Counted from the stretch's first letter, positions 1 through 13,668 are shown. The stretch: DNA of 64,000 nucleotides from Octopus sinensis (GCF_006345805.1 NC_042998.1:25792001-25856000), one strand, 5' to 3'. Notes: generated by a model from the letters alone, not told the origin. Program-made: numbers and translations.

Positions 1-124
1 ATTCTACCGTTTTCCTCTGAGCAAAGCAACTCATAAAGTCAGTTCCATCAATCACATCAAATAATATTCTATTACCAAAGCACCGAGTCAACGGATAAAG
101 ATGCATGGAAGACATGTAGAGACA

Positions 125-384
125 TTGTCATCTTTGTTGTTGTTATCATTGTTGCCACTGTCACTGGCTATGACAGCTGTGGCAGGGGTATAATTGGTAT
201 CGTCATTGTCATTGTTGTCGTCATCATCATCATCATCATCACTGTTGTCAGCATCATCGTCATCATCTTTATCATCATCGTCATTGTCATCGTCATCATC
301 CTCATTGTTGTCAGCATCCTCATCCTCCCCTTCATCATCATCATCATCATCATCATTGTCAGCATCATCATCGTCATCATCTTT

Positions 385-419
<35 letters not shown>

Positions 420-553
420 TGTTGTCAGCATCATCATCCTCATCATCCTCATCATCCTCATCCTCTTCCTCATCATCATTGTTGTCAGCATCACCATCCT
501 CATCATCTTTATCATCATCATCATCCTTGTCCTCATCATCATCATCAACAACA
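125..553. repeat. Compound (ATC)n/(GAT)n microsatellite with recurring TTGTTGTCAGCATC sub-unit
   Basis: ATC/GTC/CTC triplets with TTGTTGTCAGCATC recurring at irregular intervals; the poly-D/S/M ORFs are artefacts of the repeat. Confidence 0.9.
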
Positions 554-1686
554 ATCCATACCAGCACCAAAAGCAGACATTAAATGATGATGATGATGAT
601 GAACAATGATGATGATGATGATGACGACGATGCCGAAGCCGCCGACGCTGCCAGCATCCTTATTACCACACATATACACAGAGAAGCAGAGAACGAATGA
701 TTTGATATAATTATAACTGCTTAAAATCATTCAAACATTTGTGCATTAAAAATGTGTACAAAATAAATTAATAAATAATGAAAAGCAAAGACGAAATTAT
801 TGACTTAATATCATCATAGAAAGACTGTAAAGAAATATAGTCCAGTTTAGTATATAATTAGTGACAGGAACACACAAATCATATGATTACAGCAACATTA
901 ATAGACGTGAAAGGAAAAAACAAACCATAATAGCTTTGATGGCTGATTGACAATATGCCAATATGTTGCAAAACTGACATGGTACTGTAAAATGTGCATA
1001 TATTGAATAAATAAAGATTATAGTTTGTAGCTTATGAATCAATAAAAACTCAAATAAATTCTGTTATGAATAATATTTTAGCTCAACAAAAAGATTGCTT
1101 ATAATTGTTTGAGGTAATTTGAAGAGTTTTAGCCAAATAATTTTGGTTTTCATAACGAACAGACCGATTTTTATAAAATATGGTATGAAACAAATTATAA
1201 TTGGTAATGTCAAAGCGTTTAATTACTAAAAGGAAAATGATAAATGTAATTCTTGATGCAGTAATTATATAAAGAAATTTGGACATTGACAACAAATTGT
1301 GTGAAAGAATGTGATCCAAAAGATGAGAATCAATGATATGGTTAGTATGGAATTATAGGAATTCAATGCGTCGTGCAGCATAGTGGGATGTAATGGAAAC
1401 CATTGTTAGAAGGGAATAAGAAAAATGCTTGAGGTTCAAGATCAGAGATCAAAAAGTTTTGAGAAAAACCAATATGCTACAGTGAGAAATTTTTTATCAA
1501 TTCAGTAATGGATAAAGCTAACAGCACAAGTGAAGCAAAGAAAAACTAAAAAGTAATTTTAATCAAACTATCTCAACTGTAAACAGAGAACATTTAAATC
1601 TTAGAATCCCTGCAGATCAGTCAAGATAAGATTTGTTATGCATGTGAAATAGGCTTGCTATATTTAGAATCTCGTTATAATGTAGT

Positions 1687-1982
1687 GTGGAGGTGCAATG
1701 GCACAATGGTTAGAGCAGCAGACTTGCAGTTGTAGGATAGCAGTTTCAATTCCCAGACTGGGTGTTGTGAGTGTTTATTGATTGAATAAAAACACCTAAA
1801 GTTCCACGAATTCTGACAGAGGGTGGTGGTGAACCCTGCTGTACTCTTTTGCCACCACTTTCTCTTGCTCTTTCTGCCTGTTTCTGTTGTACCTTGTCAC
1901 ATTCTGTGTCACACTGAATCTCCCTGAGAACTACGTCAAGGGTACACATGTCTTGCACGTTAATTTCACAAGCAGGCTGTTC
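1687..1982 (+). mobile_element. tRNA-headed SINE (family S2), decayed
   Basis: GGAGGTGCAATGGCACAATGGTTAGAGC head and B-box-like GTTTCAATTCCC; body matches the intact copy at 21654-22042. Confidence 0.8.
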
Positions 1983-2139
1983 TAGAGTATTGTTGCTCAA
2001 CAGAATGCATAGCTGGGAGCTCAGGGTGTCTCTCCAGGTTGAACTGCTATGTCTCTGCATTGAGAGGTCACACCTTTGGTACTATGGACATGTGACATGT
2101 CGTATCCAACAGAATTCCGTAGTAATAATGAAGTCATTA

Positions 2140-2330
2140 AGATGGTGAGCTGGTAGATTCATTTGCACACTGGAAAAAATGCTTAGCAATATTTTGTCCA
2201 GCTTGTTTTGGGTTCAAATTCTGCTGAGGTGACGTTTGCATTTCATCCTTTCAGAGTTGATGAAATAAGTACCAGCTGAACATTGGGGTCCATGTAATCA
2301 ACTGGCCCCTTCCCACAAAATTTCAGGATT
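2140..2330 (+). mobile_element. Decayed Deu/Nin-domain-like SINE (family S3)
   Basis: GGTTCAAATTCTGCTGAGGT...TTTCATCCTTTCAGAGTTGATGAAATAAGTACCAG matches other S3 copies. Confidence 0.7.
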
Positions 2331-2339
2331 ATAATGCAT

Positions 2340-2525
2340 TTGTTTTTTTATACTTTTATTTCTTTCAGTCATTTGACTGCAGCCATGCTGGAGCACCGCC
2401 TTTTGTCGAACAGATCAACCCCAGGACTTATTCTTTGGAAGCCTAGTAATTATTCTATCTGTCTCTTTTGCCGAACTGCTAAGTTACGGGGAAGTAAACA
2501 CATCAACATCAGTTGTCAAGTGACG
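2340..2525 (-). mobile_element. 3' fragment of the abundant octopus-type tRNA SINE (family S1, OK/OR-like)
   Basis: TTTCAGTCATTTGACTGCAGCCATGCTGGAGCACCGCC tail shared with more than 15 copies in the window. Confidence 0.85.
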
Positions 2526-3865
2526 GGGTGTTTTGCAGAAGTATGACCAATTTATAGCATGAAAATTTCACAACAAAATCTTGTTTGGACCCCAGCTGAA
2601 AACCAATGATCTAGAGACATTATCAGGAATATTCTAGTGCTTCTGCAAGTACCATATTTACCAGATCAGTTACTACATAAGTTTTTTTTCCCCCTCTTGT
2701 ATAATTGTTTGAGCAAGAAGTATTTTTAAAAGATCTGGATATATAACTGCTGAAGTAGACACTCCAGTGGATTTGAGAAAAGATTAATTTCTTAGAATGT
2801 TTCTAAATTTCAAAGTATTAATAGAGGTGATGCTTTGCATATGAATGGTGTTATACTGATGGCAATGGAGTTAAAATATAATTTAGCAATTTCCAATAAA
2901 ATTCTCTTTTGCATCAGTCTCATTAATTTCTCAACAGACCTCATGTATCCATAAAATATTTCGAATTGTATACTTTTATGGCATTTATATAACTTATAAC
3001 TCATCACTTTTGACATAAAATAAACTTATAGAAAATTTAGTGCTTTCAAGAAATTATTTTAAAGACATTGGAACATAATTTAATAAAACTGGAAGTCATT
3101 ATAAGTTGATGTTTAAAATGAATTCTTAGATTTTGAGACATTTGTTTTTGAAATTGTGTTTTTATTGCAATGGTTGTGACTACCAATAGAAAAAAAAAAC
3201 TATTAATATTATTAAAATGCAGTATAGTTATACAGATTTATCTGGTGAGAATCTAGTGTTATATTTTTAACCACTATTAGTAGTTATATAAATATGTATC
3301 TAATTCTAAAATATTAGGGAACTTTATGAAATATAATTTTCACTTAGTAATAGATCTGACATTTATATGAAATAATATATCTGGATTCAATTATGGTTGA
3401 TTTAAACTGTTCCGACAATTGGTTAATTCTTTAATATTCACATTTATGATATTTCAATTATATAATGTATTAAACTACAAAAGATGTATCAAAACATAGA
3501 TTTATATTCTACTTTTTAAATGATAAATTCTCTAATGCTATGTAACAGTGATTTATCTATTTATTATTCCGCTTTTAGACTGATTATTATCAATGATTTC
3601 AATTTTGTTTGCTGTATTTATCACTCAATTATCATGCATTCATTTCTTGTTATTCAATTAAAAGATAACTATAGAACATTTGAAGGTATATCAGGATGGT
3701 GTATTGTGCCTGATTTGAGAAAATTTTTATGTTCCAGTGTTACAAATACAAGCACCCATGCTGGTGTCATGTAGAAAAGTACCCGTGCCAGTGTCGCATC
3801 AAAAGCACCCAAAAAGCACCCAAGCTAGTGTCACATTAAAAGCACCCATACTGGTGTCATATTAA

Positions 3866-4095
3866 GGCGGCGAGCTGGCAGAAGCGTTAGCACGCTGGAC
3901 AAAATGTGTAGCCGTATTTTGTCTGCTGTTACGTTCTGGGTTCAAATTCCGCTGAGGTCGACTTTGCCTTTCATCCTTTCGGGGTCAATAAATTAAGTAC
4001 CAGTTATGCACTGGGGTTGATGTAATCGACTTAATCTGTTTGTCTGTCCTTGTTTGTCCTCTCTGTGTTTAGCCCTTTGTGGGTAGTAAAGAAAT
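3866..4095 (+). mobile_element. Full-length S3 SINE (Deu/Nin-like core) inserted in RTE 3'UTR sub-repeats
   Basis: GGCGGCGAGCTGGCAGAA head; GCCTTTCATCCTTTCGGGGTC core (resembles the Deu/Nin domain from memory); TSD ATATTAA at 3859-3865 and 4096-4102. Confidence 0.85.
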
Positions 4096-4132
4096 ATATT
4101 AAAAGCACCCATGCTGGTGTCATGTAGAAAAG

Positions 4133-4534
4133 TGGCTGTGTGGTAAGTAGCTTGCTTACCAGCCACATGGTTCCGGGTTCAATCCCACTGTGTGGCAGCT
4201 TGGCCAAGTGTCTTCTACTATAGCCTCGGGCTGACCAAAGCCTTGTGAGTGGATTTGGTAGACAGAAACTGAAAGAGGCCCGTCGTATATATGTGTGTAT
4301 GTGTGTATGTGTGTGTGTTTGTGTGTTTGTGTTTGTCCCCCAACATCACTTGACAACCGATGCTGGTGTGTTCACGTCCCCGTAACTTAGCGGTTCGACA
4401 AAAGAGACCGATAGAATAAGCATTAGGCTTACAAAGAATACATCCTGGGGTCGATGTGCTTGACAAAAGGCAGTGCTCCAGCATGGCCGTGGTCAAATGA
4501 CTGAAACAAGTAAACGAGTAAAAGAGTAAGGAGT
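4133..4534 (+). mobile_element. S1 SINE
   Basis: GTGGCTGTGTGGTAAGTAGC head, central (TG)n, (AAGAGTA)n tail. Confidence 0.9.
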
Positions 4535-5574
4535 ATATATCTGTGCACAAAACCTATTCCAAAGAAGTCTCCTTTCAGATAAAGCATTCTTACATTTTGA
4601 TGATTTTTGAACAGTATCATCAAAGTGGAGAATTGTTCAGCAACCAGCCATTAAGCAAGGTATTGCTGTTGTTAATTGTGCAAAACAAACACTAAACATT
4701 CATAATGGTTGCTTTAAAAGTTTAATTAATTACTACAATGTGTCTTGATAATGCATCAGTGTTTGTTCGTTCATTTAATCACTCAGTTATTTATATGCTG
4801 ATGTTTGACACACATGCTGTATTCACATTCTCTCTGCTACTCTTTTCTTGAAATTTTTTTAATTAATTCAGCCTTCTAATTCAAGGCTGCTAATCTAACC
4901 AGTTTTTGGTTGCATCTGGTGTATTTTAACACAACATAGTTGATGAAAATAAACACTAAGAAGATAGTTATAAATTTAGTTAATTTTGCAAAGTAATGCA
5001 GCATATTCTAGTAAGATTTACATTGCTACTAAAAGTTACTAATCTGTGACTCAACGATGAAAAGTAACTATGGAACAGACTTAACTTTACAGCAGATGAA
5101 AACAAGAAATGTATGAAAAAGCATCTGGTGTGGGTCTGAGAACTGTGCTACTTGAGGACAGCTCACACACTGTGGCAAAAACATTGCTGTTAGTTTGCAG
5201 TTGATCTGGACTCAGAGCTTTTCTTGCACAATTGGAAGAAGCCTGCATTCACAGTGTCAGCACTGGTGGACAAATTTGAGAGAATCAAGAAGTTAGTTTG
5301 TGAAGAGCTGCTGAAGGGACTGCTATTGTACCTAAGTCTTGAAGTCATGAAGGAAACCGAACACTACTGGGCAAACACTGGGAACCCAAGAACAATCATT
5401 ACAAAATAGTGCAAGGATTCTGAGGTGCATCAAGTGAGTTTGACACATGAGAAGTGGAAGAAATTGTTATAGTAAGAATACTTCCATCCTTCCTTCTGCC
5501 TGTAGTGTATGGCACAAGTGTGATATTGCTTGGCCTCCTGTGTTGTGAAGGGCTGAAGAGAGGACATATCCAGA

Positions 5575-5642
5575 GCCATATCTATATATATATAGATATA
5601 TATTTATCATATATATGTTCATATATACAAACATTATATATT

Positions 5643-5693
<51 letters not shown>

Positions 5694-5718
5694 CCACGAT
5701 ATATATGTGCTCACACTC

Positions 5719-5773
<55 letters not shown>

Positions 5774-5785
5774 ATATATAATTAT
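5575..5785. repeat. (TA)n microsatellite block
   Basis: Direct inspection. Confidence 0.95.
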
Positions 5786-5952
5786 AAAAATAAGGGTTTA
5801 GCAGCAAGTTGCTTAACCACATAGCGAAAATTTTAGAAATAGCAGCCAAAAGACTACTATAAAGGAAATAGTAGTCTTTTGGCTGCTATTTCTAAAATTT
5901 TCGGTATGTGGTCAAGCAACTTGTTGCTAAATCCTTATTGTTATAATTATAT
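5776..5952. mobile_element. About 180 bp palindrome (two ~85 bp inverted arms), MITE-like or fold-back
   Basis: Arm 5776-5860 is the reverse complement of 5868-5952 with few mismatches; the same arm occurs at the end of the 20265-20484 element. Confidence 0.8.
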
Positions 5953-6070
5953 ATAAAAAAAATTTTGTATGAGTTTTTACTGAATATGGTCCTTTTCCAT
6001 ACCAAAAAACTACTGGGTGAAATTTGTTGATTTTAGTAAATTAATAATTTTTCACCCTATATCTGTAATG

Positions 6071-6109
<39 letters not shown>

Positions 6110-6551
6110 GTTTAAGAAGTTGGTTATACACATACAAATACAATAAAAAATTTGTGTTATGCACACAAAGTTTATGATCTAAATTAACCAAAATGAAAAA
6201 TAAAATTAAATATTTTAAATCGGAACTGAAATTACAGAAAGCTATACAGATATAAAATAAATATAAATCCTCTCATTTTTCTGTCTTTCCACAAAAATAA
6301 TTAACAAGAAATTAAAATATAATTAAAAATGACAAAACAAAAGGCAATCCAAGTAAAATGACTCTCAGAAAAATTTTCCTGTTGAGACCAAACTTTCACT
6401 TGTGTTTAACCTAATCATGTCCCTTAGTCCCTTAGCAAAATGACTGGCAAATTTAAGGACAAACCTCATTTGGCTGTGTAAGAATTGCCAGAGCAGGAGT
6501 TACAGTCAAGAATATAGCTGCATATTGTAATATCATTTCTATCATGAATTA

Positions 6552-6790
6552 TTCTATTGTGTCTGGTGAGAGTCATTTTCTTTTTGTGCCTTTATTATGT
6601 AACACACTCACCGGTAGAATTTCCACGAAAATTTTAGAAAAATAAAAATAAGAAAAAAGTAGAAATTTTACCGGTGAGTGTGTTACATAATAAGGCACAA
6701 AAAGAAAATGACTCTCCCCAGATACAACAGAATATGCTTCAACACACGAACTCATATAAAGGATCTTGCAAACCAAATCCAAAAACGAAA
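6552..6790. mobile_element. PLE-like non-autonomous inverted dimer, family B
   Basis: Short minus arm 6557-6627; long plus arm 6627-6790 with ~60 bp tail; 12 bp TSD TATCATGAATTA at 6540-6551 and 6791-6802. Confidence 0.8.
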
Positions 6791-6988
6791 TATCATGAAT
6801 TAATCTGTCATTTAACAATTGGATATTTGGAACCAACTGAGTCATTAAATTGTGATTACCCTTGTATCTGTATTTTTAGTTTTTATTACCATGATAAATC
6901 TTTCAACCTATCATTCATATATCCCTCTTTACTGTCTTTCTAAGCAAGCATTAGTTGTTTAGTTTGGCTTAGCCATTGTAGCCTAAGA

Positions 6989-7799
6989 CAGGGTGACCCA
7001 AAAGTCACTGAGGGATTGCTTATGGAAAAATATGGCATTGCACAATGCACCTAATTGGTGAAATTGTTCTATCAAAATCAGGGGTCAGTTATTGAAACCT
7101 AGGGAGCATATCATTGGCATTTTTAAGTGAGAGATTCTCCAAGTGAAAACACAATTAGGAACTTAGTTTGTTGTTTTGAAAAACAAGGGGCAGTAAGTGA
7201 TCTACGATCTGTGAGACTTTGCACTGTCAGAACTGATGAGGTAAAGGAACAAATGTAAGAGAGTATTGAACAGAATCTAAGCACGTTGACTCAAAGTTGG
7301 TCCAGAAAGCTTGGGATTTCACAAACTTCACTGCAAAGATTTCTCTGCAATCTTACTCTTTCCCATACAGGTACAGTTGGTTCAACAGTTGAAGCCCCAA
7401 GGCTATGAACACAGGCTCCAATATGCTGTCAGAATCCAGGAATTGGCACAAATTGACCCAAATTTTACACAAAAATTGATCATGCCTGATGAAGCTTACT
7501 TTCATTTTTCTATTTGAATGGGTTCATCAACAGACAAAATTGCTGGTTTTGGGGCTCTGAGAATCCAATAGCACTAACTACACCATAGAGAATTGCACCC
7601 CATAAAGTGTGAGGCTGAAAATGGGCGCCATTTAAAAGATGTCATTTTTCATATCCAATGCAGAGGTATGATGTGAAAGGACTAATGACAATTAATCTCC
7701 ATTATCTCCTCTATATTGAATAAAAATTCCATACACCTATTTGAAAAAATAAGGGATTATTAAAAATTAAAACCTCTCAGTGACTTCTGGACCACCCTG
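6989..7799 (+). mobile_element. Decayed, internally deleted Tc1/mariner transposon
   Basis: TIRs CAGGGTGACCCAAAAGTCACTGAG / CTCAGTGACTTCTGGACCACCCTG plus TA on the right; broken frames give MEKYGIAQ..LFYQNQGSV, VQLVQQLKPQ and MPDEAYFHF..NGFINRQNCWFWGSENP. Confidence 0.85.
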
Positions 7800-8159
7800 T
7801 ACTAATACTTCAATGAGAATCCTATCTCAATACTTACATTTTTTTTTTTTGCTCATTTTCACTGCCCAATCAGAAAGTTACACCCAAAATTTACCAGCAT
7901 AACACGTAGATTTGGGTAAGTAAATAATTAAATCAGTAAAGACAAGTGTTGTTCCGTACGAGTTACATCAATTATGAAAATTCAAATGGTTACATGGTAT
8001 TATTGATTTTAATGATATATTTCAAAATATCTCGTACTCCCAAAATATGCTTTTGAAAAATTACTTAATTGACAATATTTAGCCATAGAATTGTTTGTTA
8101 CAAGCATTAATACATATAGGCCAGTCTTGATTGAAAAGAATTACTGTGACAGAATGTTC

Positions 8160-8535
8160 AATATAAGTATTACATTTTTGTCTGTCTTTACATTCTGAGT
8201 TCAAATTCTGCTGAGGTCAACTTTATCTTTCATCCTTTTGGGATCGATAAATTAACCACCAGTTGTGTACTGGGGTAGATCTAATCGACTGGCCCCCTCC
8301 CCCAAAATTTTGGGCCTTGTACCTAGAGTAGAAAGGAATATATAAGTATTAAATTTTTGTCTGTTATTCCATTCTGAGTTCAAGTTCCGCCAAGGTCAAT
8401 TTTGCATTTCATTCTTTCAGGGTCGATAAATTAAGTACCAGTTGTATGCTAGGGTCGATCTAATCGACTGCCCCACCTACCCAAAAATTTCTGGCCTTGT
8501 GCCTACAGCAGAAAAGAATATAAGTATTACATTTT
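8160..8535 (+). mobile_element. Two tandem 5'-truncated S3 SINE units (~179 bp period)
   Basis: Units are separated and flanked by three copies of AATATAAGTATTA(C/A)ATTTT at 8160, ~8340 and 8517. Confidence 0.8.
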
Positions 8536-8582
8536 CTTTCTTGTTCAATTTAAACTACTTCTTTCAGTAAAATATATAAGCT

Positions 8583-8879
8583 TTAGGGCAGCGGACTCGT
8601 GGTCGGAAGATCGCGGTTTTGATTTCCAGACCGGGCGTTGTGTGTGTTTATTGAGTGAAAACACCTAAAGCTCCACAAGACTTCAGCAGGGGGTGGTGGT
8701 GACCCCTGTTGTATGCTTTCGACCCAAATTTCTCTCACTCTTTCTTCCTGTTTCTTGAGAAATGCTGCAATGGACTGGCGTCCCATCCAGCTGGAGGGGG
8801 AGAGGGAATACATACGCCTCAGAAACAGGGAAACCAGGCCCATGAGCCTGGCTAGGCTTGAAAAGGGCACATAAATAAG
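8583..8879 (+). mobile_element. SINE with S2-type head and V-domain-like 3' part
   Basis: GGGCAGCGGACTCGTGGTC head as in S2, then GCAATGGACTGGCGTCCCATCCAG, resembling the V-SINE core. Confidence 0.7.
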
Positions 8880-9486
8880 TAAAAATATTACCTTAAGTCT
8901 CTTGTGGCCGCAATTACTGAGGATTTATGCCACAACTGAAGCAACAACATAATTAGTATAATTAATATAATGTGTATGTGAGGAGTTAGACATGGAAACC
9001 AAACAAAGAAAATAGAGTAACCATTAATGGATCCTCTACTGTTAGAAATAGCTGTGAGATAGCCTTCAAATCATGCTCTACCTTGAAAAAAAGAATACAG
9101 TATATAATGTTATCCAAGGTTATACAATGCTGGAAAAAATGATGAAACGGCCATGGTTGGAAGGCTTTTGATCATAACTTTAGATAATCAGAGCAGACTA
9201 GATGTCAAACAGCAACAATAAGAGCAGAAAACTTGGTGGAAAGAAGCAGCTACGGAAACGGAACTTGGATTCTTTGCTTATATTTGATTTAGCATTTCAT
9301 TGCACTGAGTTCAAATCTTGTTAGCATCAGCATTATTTTCCATCCCTTGGATCAAGAGCAGGGAACTCTTCATCCACAAGTGAAATTTTGCTTGTATTTA
9401 AATTTGAAGTCAGTGAAACATTGGGGAAGTCACTAGAAACTTGCATGAGAAAGAAAACAAACAAACAAAAATAATTTAAGCCTTAA

Positions 9487-9707
9487 CCCATTAGCTTTTA
9501 AACCGGCCATATCCAGCCAAAAGTACTCTGCCTGTTTTATGTTCAAACTAACCAGATCTGGTCTCTCACACCAACCCTACAATATCATTTTAAAAATTAA
9601 CAGCTGCCTCATCGAAATCTCAAAGCTACAACATAATGCGTGGTTAGTTCAAAACAATGTGGATAAAAAAGGATTGATTTTGGCAGAATAATGCAAACAC
9701 TAAAGGG
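9487..9707. mobile_element. TTAA-flanked MITE (piggyBac-type ends)
   Basis: TTAA|CCCATTAG ... CTAAAGGG|TTAA; inverted copy of the same family at 61561-61780. Confidence 0.8.
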
Positions 9708-10897
9708 TTAAAGCTAAAACTAAGATAATTTAATATAAACTGCAAACCTTTGCTTTTGTAAAATTAAATATTTATTGCTTTTAAAATCTCAGATACATCT
9801 CCACCCCAGGTACGATAAAGATTCCTCACTCCTGCACTAAATTGGCTGCATCAGTTACCTTATGTAATCAAAGAAGAAATATTTTTAAAAAACATTACAA
9901 ACTGGTGTCAGATTTTAAGAAAACAAGGAATTATTATATAAATAGAATACAGAATGGAGGAATCCAGGTTGACTTTAATTAAGTGCTGTGGTATTCAATA
10001 CTTTTTTATAGATAAGAAAGCTAAAAATCAAAGGAAACAGTGAAGAGGCCAGAACTTTCTGACAGCATAAATTGACAATTTGGTAAAAATACAGATGATG
10101 AACTAAACAACGGCTAAAATTTATCAGTTATTTTGTGAAATAATGTTAATTCTATAAGGATATGAACCCATTAGCTCCTTTGGAAAGTATTGCTTTATCA
10201 AATGTTATATTAATGTTTAACAGACAGAGTAACATTAAATTTTCCCATCGTTTCATTAATGCACTTGAATCTGCCTTAGAGACAGATAAGCTAGAACGTC
10301 AGGCTAGCAACAGTATCTCTGTTAATGGGTATCATTTTTCTTTGAAGAGCCAATTTCTTTCTTTGCATTTTTTTTTCTCCAGTATTTTAAGGATTATTTA
10401 TGAGTGGGTAATATATTCCAATTTAAGTGCATGTCACGCATGTATTTTCCTGAAAATCTGCACAAATGTCAATATGTTTCTGTCTTTGTTTATAACACAA
10501 TAAAATTCCTTCAGCCGTGTTTATACAGTCTAATGCATTAATGAACTACGATTTAAATGTCCTTGTTCAAAAGAGTGCTACAATGGGGAATCATCTATAT
10601 AGGAATAAATAGTTTAAGAGCTAATTTTTCATTTCAGCTAAAACCATATCAAATGATATTTATAACTATCATAGCATTATAAATGGTTACTGCGACATTG
10701 GAAAAGGAATTGTCACAATTATTGTAAAACTTAAAAGAAAAATCAAAATATCTGATCTAATCATTGCTCTCAGGGAAACTGAGGATTTGACATTGTTGCT
10801 AATGAGATTTAATGTTTTATAGTAAGGTGATGTGATGAGGTGTGCTGAACATTATTAGACAAATTTAAACAGCATTTTAGGAAATAAATGATGATGA

Positions 10898-11519
10898 TCA
10901 TCATCATCGTTTAACGTCCGCTTTCCATGCTAGCATGGGTTGGACAATTTGACTGAGGGCTGGTGAACCAGATGGCTGCACCAGGCTCCAATCTTGATCT
11001 GACAGAGTTTCTACAGCTGGATACCCTTCCTAACACCAACCACTCCGAAAGTGTAGTGGGTGCTTTTACATGCCACCGGCACGAGGGCTAGCCGGGCGGT
11101 ACTGGCAATGGTCACAGAAAATCGTGTTTTTCCTTTTTATGTGTCACCTACACACCAGCACAAGTGCCAGTAAGGCGATGCTGGTAACAATCATGTTCGA
11201 ATGGTGCTTTTTACGTGTCACTGGCACAAACGCCAGTTAACCGCTCTGGCAACGATCACACTTGGATGGTGCTCTTAGTGCTCTACTAGCACAGATGCCA
11301 GTCATCGAATATGATTTCGACACATAAGTGGGCTGGTTACACCCCTGGCTTAGGCTACAAGGTTATGGTCTCACTTGGCTTGCCGGGTCTTCTCAAGCAC
11401 AACATATTTCCAAAATTCTCGGTCACTGGTCATTTCTTCGGTGAGGCCTAATGTTCAAAGTCCGTGCTTCGCCACTTCATCCCAGGTCTTCCTGGGTCTA
11501 CCTCTTCCACAGGTTCCCT
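10898..11519 (-). mobile_element. RTE-clade LINE 3' end (ORF C-terminus, 3'UTR, (GAT)n tail)
   Basis: Minus strand reads GTCGRGRPRKTWDEV...LEKTRQAK*; tail GGTTGGTGTTAGGAAGGG...CATGGAAAGCGGACGTTAAACGATGATG. Confidence 0.85.
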
Positions 11520-11572
11520 ATCTAAATTAAATAAAACTATACTATATATATAAATAATGCAGAATATATGAT

Positions 11573-11892
11573 GTGAAGGCATGTAGCTTATTGGTTAAGC
11601 TATTTGGCTCATGATCATAAGAATGTAAGTTCAATTCCTGGTGATGTGTTATGTCCTCGAGCAAGGCACTTTATTTCAAGTGCTCCTGTCCTCTCAGCTG
11701 GCAAAAAGGAGTAGTACATGTATTCAAAGGGTCAGCCTTGTCAAATTTTGTGCTACACTGAATCTCCCTGAGAACTACAATAAGGGTACTCATATCTATG
11801 GAGTGCTCAATAACTTGTATGTTAATTTCATGAACAGGCTGTTCCAGTGATTGAATCAACTGGAACCCTCATCGTCACAACTGGCAGAGAGC
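11573..11892 (+). mobile_element. tRNA SINE with CORE-like centre and S2-type tail
   Basis: GAGCAAGGCACTTTATTTCA centre (shared with 34720-35046); tail GGAACCCTCATCGTC shared with 21654-22042. Confidence 0.7.
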
Positions 11893-12329
11893 AATTTTTT
11901 AAAAATTTCATTTAGAATATTTGAAACCAAGTTTTTTGAGGAAATACATGTACATTTTTCTTTGAATTATTTGTTTTAATAATGCACCATACTGAACTCA
12001 GTCTTATCAGGAATAAACTTTGTCTCATATTCATATGGAGTAGTGAGGAATCCAGGATCTTTTTTGGGTGGGGCGGTCCAAAGGTTTCATAAAAATTATC
12101 ATATAAGGTGAGAATCGCAATTCATAGCCAATGGACCCATTTTAATGTATTCTGACTTCTTTCAGTTTCCATCTGTCAAATGCACTCAGAAGGCTTTGGC
12201 TGGCCTGAGGCTATAGTAGAAGACACTTGCTCTAGGTGCCATGCAGTGGGACTGAACCCAGAACCATAGGCATGCTGTGAAACTACTGTGAAACTAAGAG
12301 TAATGCTGTGAAACTACTGGGAATAAAAC

Positions 12330-12826
12330 CCTACCCTCCATCAGGCATTTGCCATATTCTGAACGCCTTACTTCCCTGGGCATGGACACATTGAAACTCC
12401 GACGTCTGGCAGCTGACTTGGCAGACACCCATAAAATTATTAACCATCTTACAAACAATAACTCTGAGCACCTTTTCAAACTCCACCTGTCTAACACCCA
12501 TGGACATGTTTACAAAGTCAGAAAACAGCACAGCTCTCATGACTTTCGGAAACAGTTTTTCACGCTAAGAGTTGCTGAAGCATGGAACAAACAATGGCAT
12601 CAGTTGTTAGTTGTCGGAGCACTGCATCCTTCAAAACTTCCATGCTTCCTGAGATTTACCAACATTACACCTGATTTTTTTCCCCTCCATACACACGCAA
12701 GCATGTATCTAACTCATACACTGTTCACTTCCCAGACATTTGTACGTTATTGCATATGCTTTTTACGCACTTTTGATAAGTTGTGGTGCACCTGAGCACT
12801 GTATACAATAATTTCATTATTATTAA
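12330..12826 (+). mobile_element. CR1-clade LINE 3' fragment
   Basis: ORF 12349-12795 begins PYSERLTSLGMDTLKLRRLAADL...FFTLRVAEAWN, a typical CR1 RT C-terminus; ends in ATT-rich tail. Confidence 0.85.
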
Positions 12827-12974
12827 AATAACAATGTTATTATATATTTGCAATGGTGCAGTGACTATTGATTTATGTATGGAAAGTAGTGGCAAACGAC
12901 ATGTGTGTATCATAACTTAATAACATGGTTACTTTATAATCCAAGTTAATGAAAGCAACAAAACCATCATTAAA

Positions 12975-13227
12975 TACAGTTCTATATTTAAGAGATGAGG
13001 AATTACTCTTTACTCTTTTTACTCTTTTACTTGTTTCAGTCATTTGACTGCGGCCATGCTGGAGCACCGCCTTTAGTCGAGCAAATCGACCCCAGGACTT
13101 ATTCTTTGTAAGCCCAGTACTTATTCTATCGGTCTTTTTTGCCGAACCGCTAAGTGACGGGGATGTAAACACACCAGCATCGGTTGTCAAGCAATGCTAG
13201 GGAGACAAACACAGACACACACACAAG

Positions 13228-13271
<44 letters not shown>

Positions 13272-13632
13272 TACAACAGGCTTCTTTCAGTTTCCATCTA
13301 CCAAATCCACTCACAAGGCATTAGTCGGCCCGGGGCTATAGCAGAAGACACTTGCTCAAGATGTCACGCAGTGGGACTGAACCCGGAACCATGTGGTTGG
13401 TTAGCAAGCTACTTACCACACAGCCACTCCTTTACATTATTTACATTATTTTCATTTGACGGATATTTGTCCTCATCTTGTTTGTTGTTAACACAACATT
13501 TCTGCTGATATACCCTCCAACCTTCATCAGGTGTCTTGTGGAAATTTTGAACCTGGGTTCTCATTCCTAAGGTATTTTTCAATATTATTAATATCATTAT
13601 CATTATTATTATTATCATTATTATTATTATTA

Positions 13633-13668
<36 letters not shown>

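Noticed and set aside
88-583. Long poly-Asp/Ser/Met ORFs (also 40770-41488, 49739-50289, and IY-repeat ORFs in TA tracts)
   Set aside because: Translations of microsatellites that are open in several frames and both strands, with no splice or domain evidence
5090-5410. Possible decayed Tx1/L1 fragment
   Set aside because: Only vague peptide resemblance (YEKASG, NWKK) across broken frames
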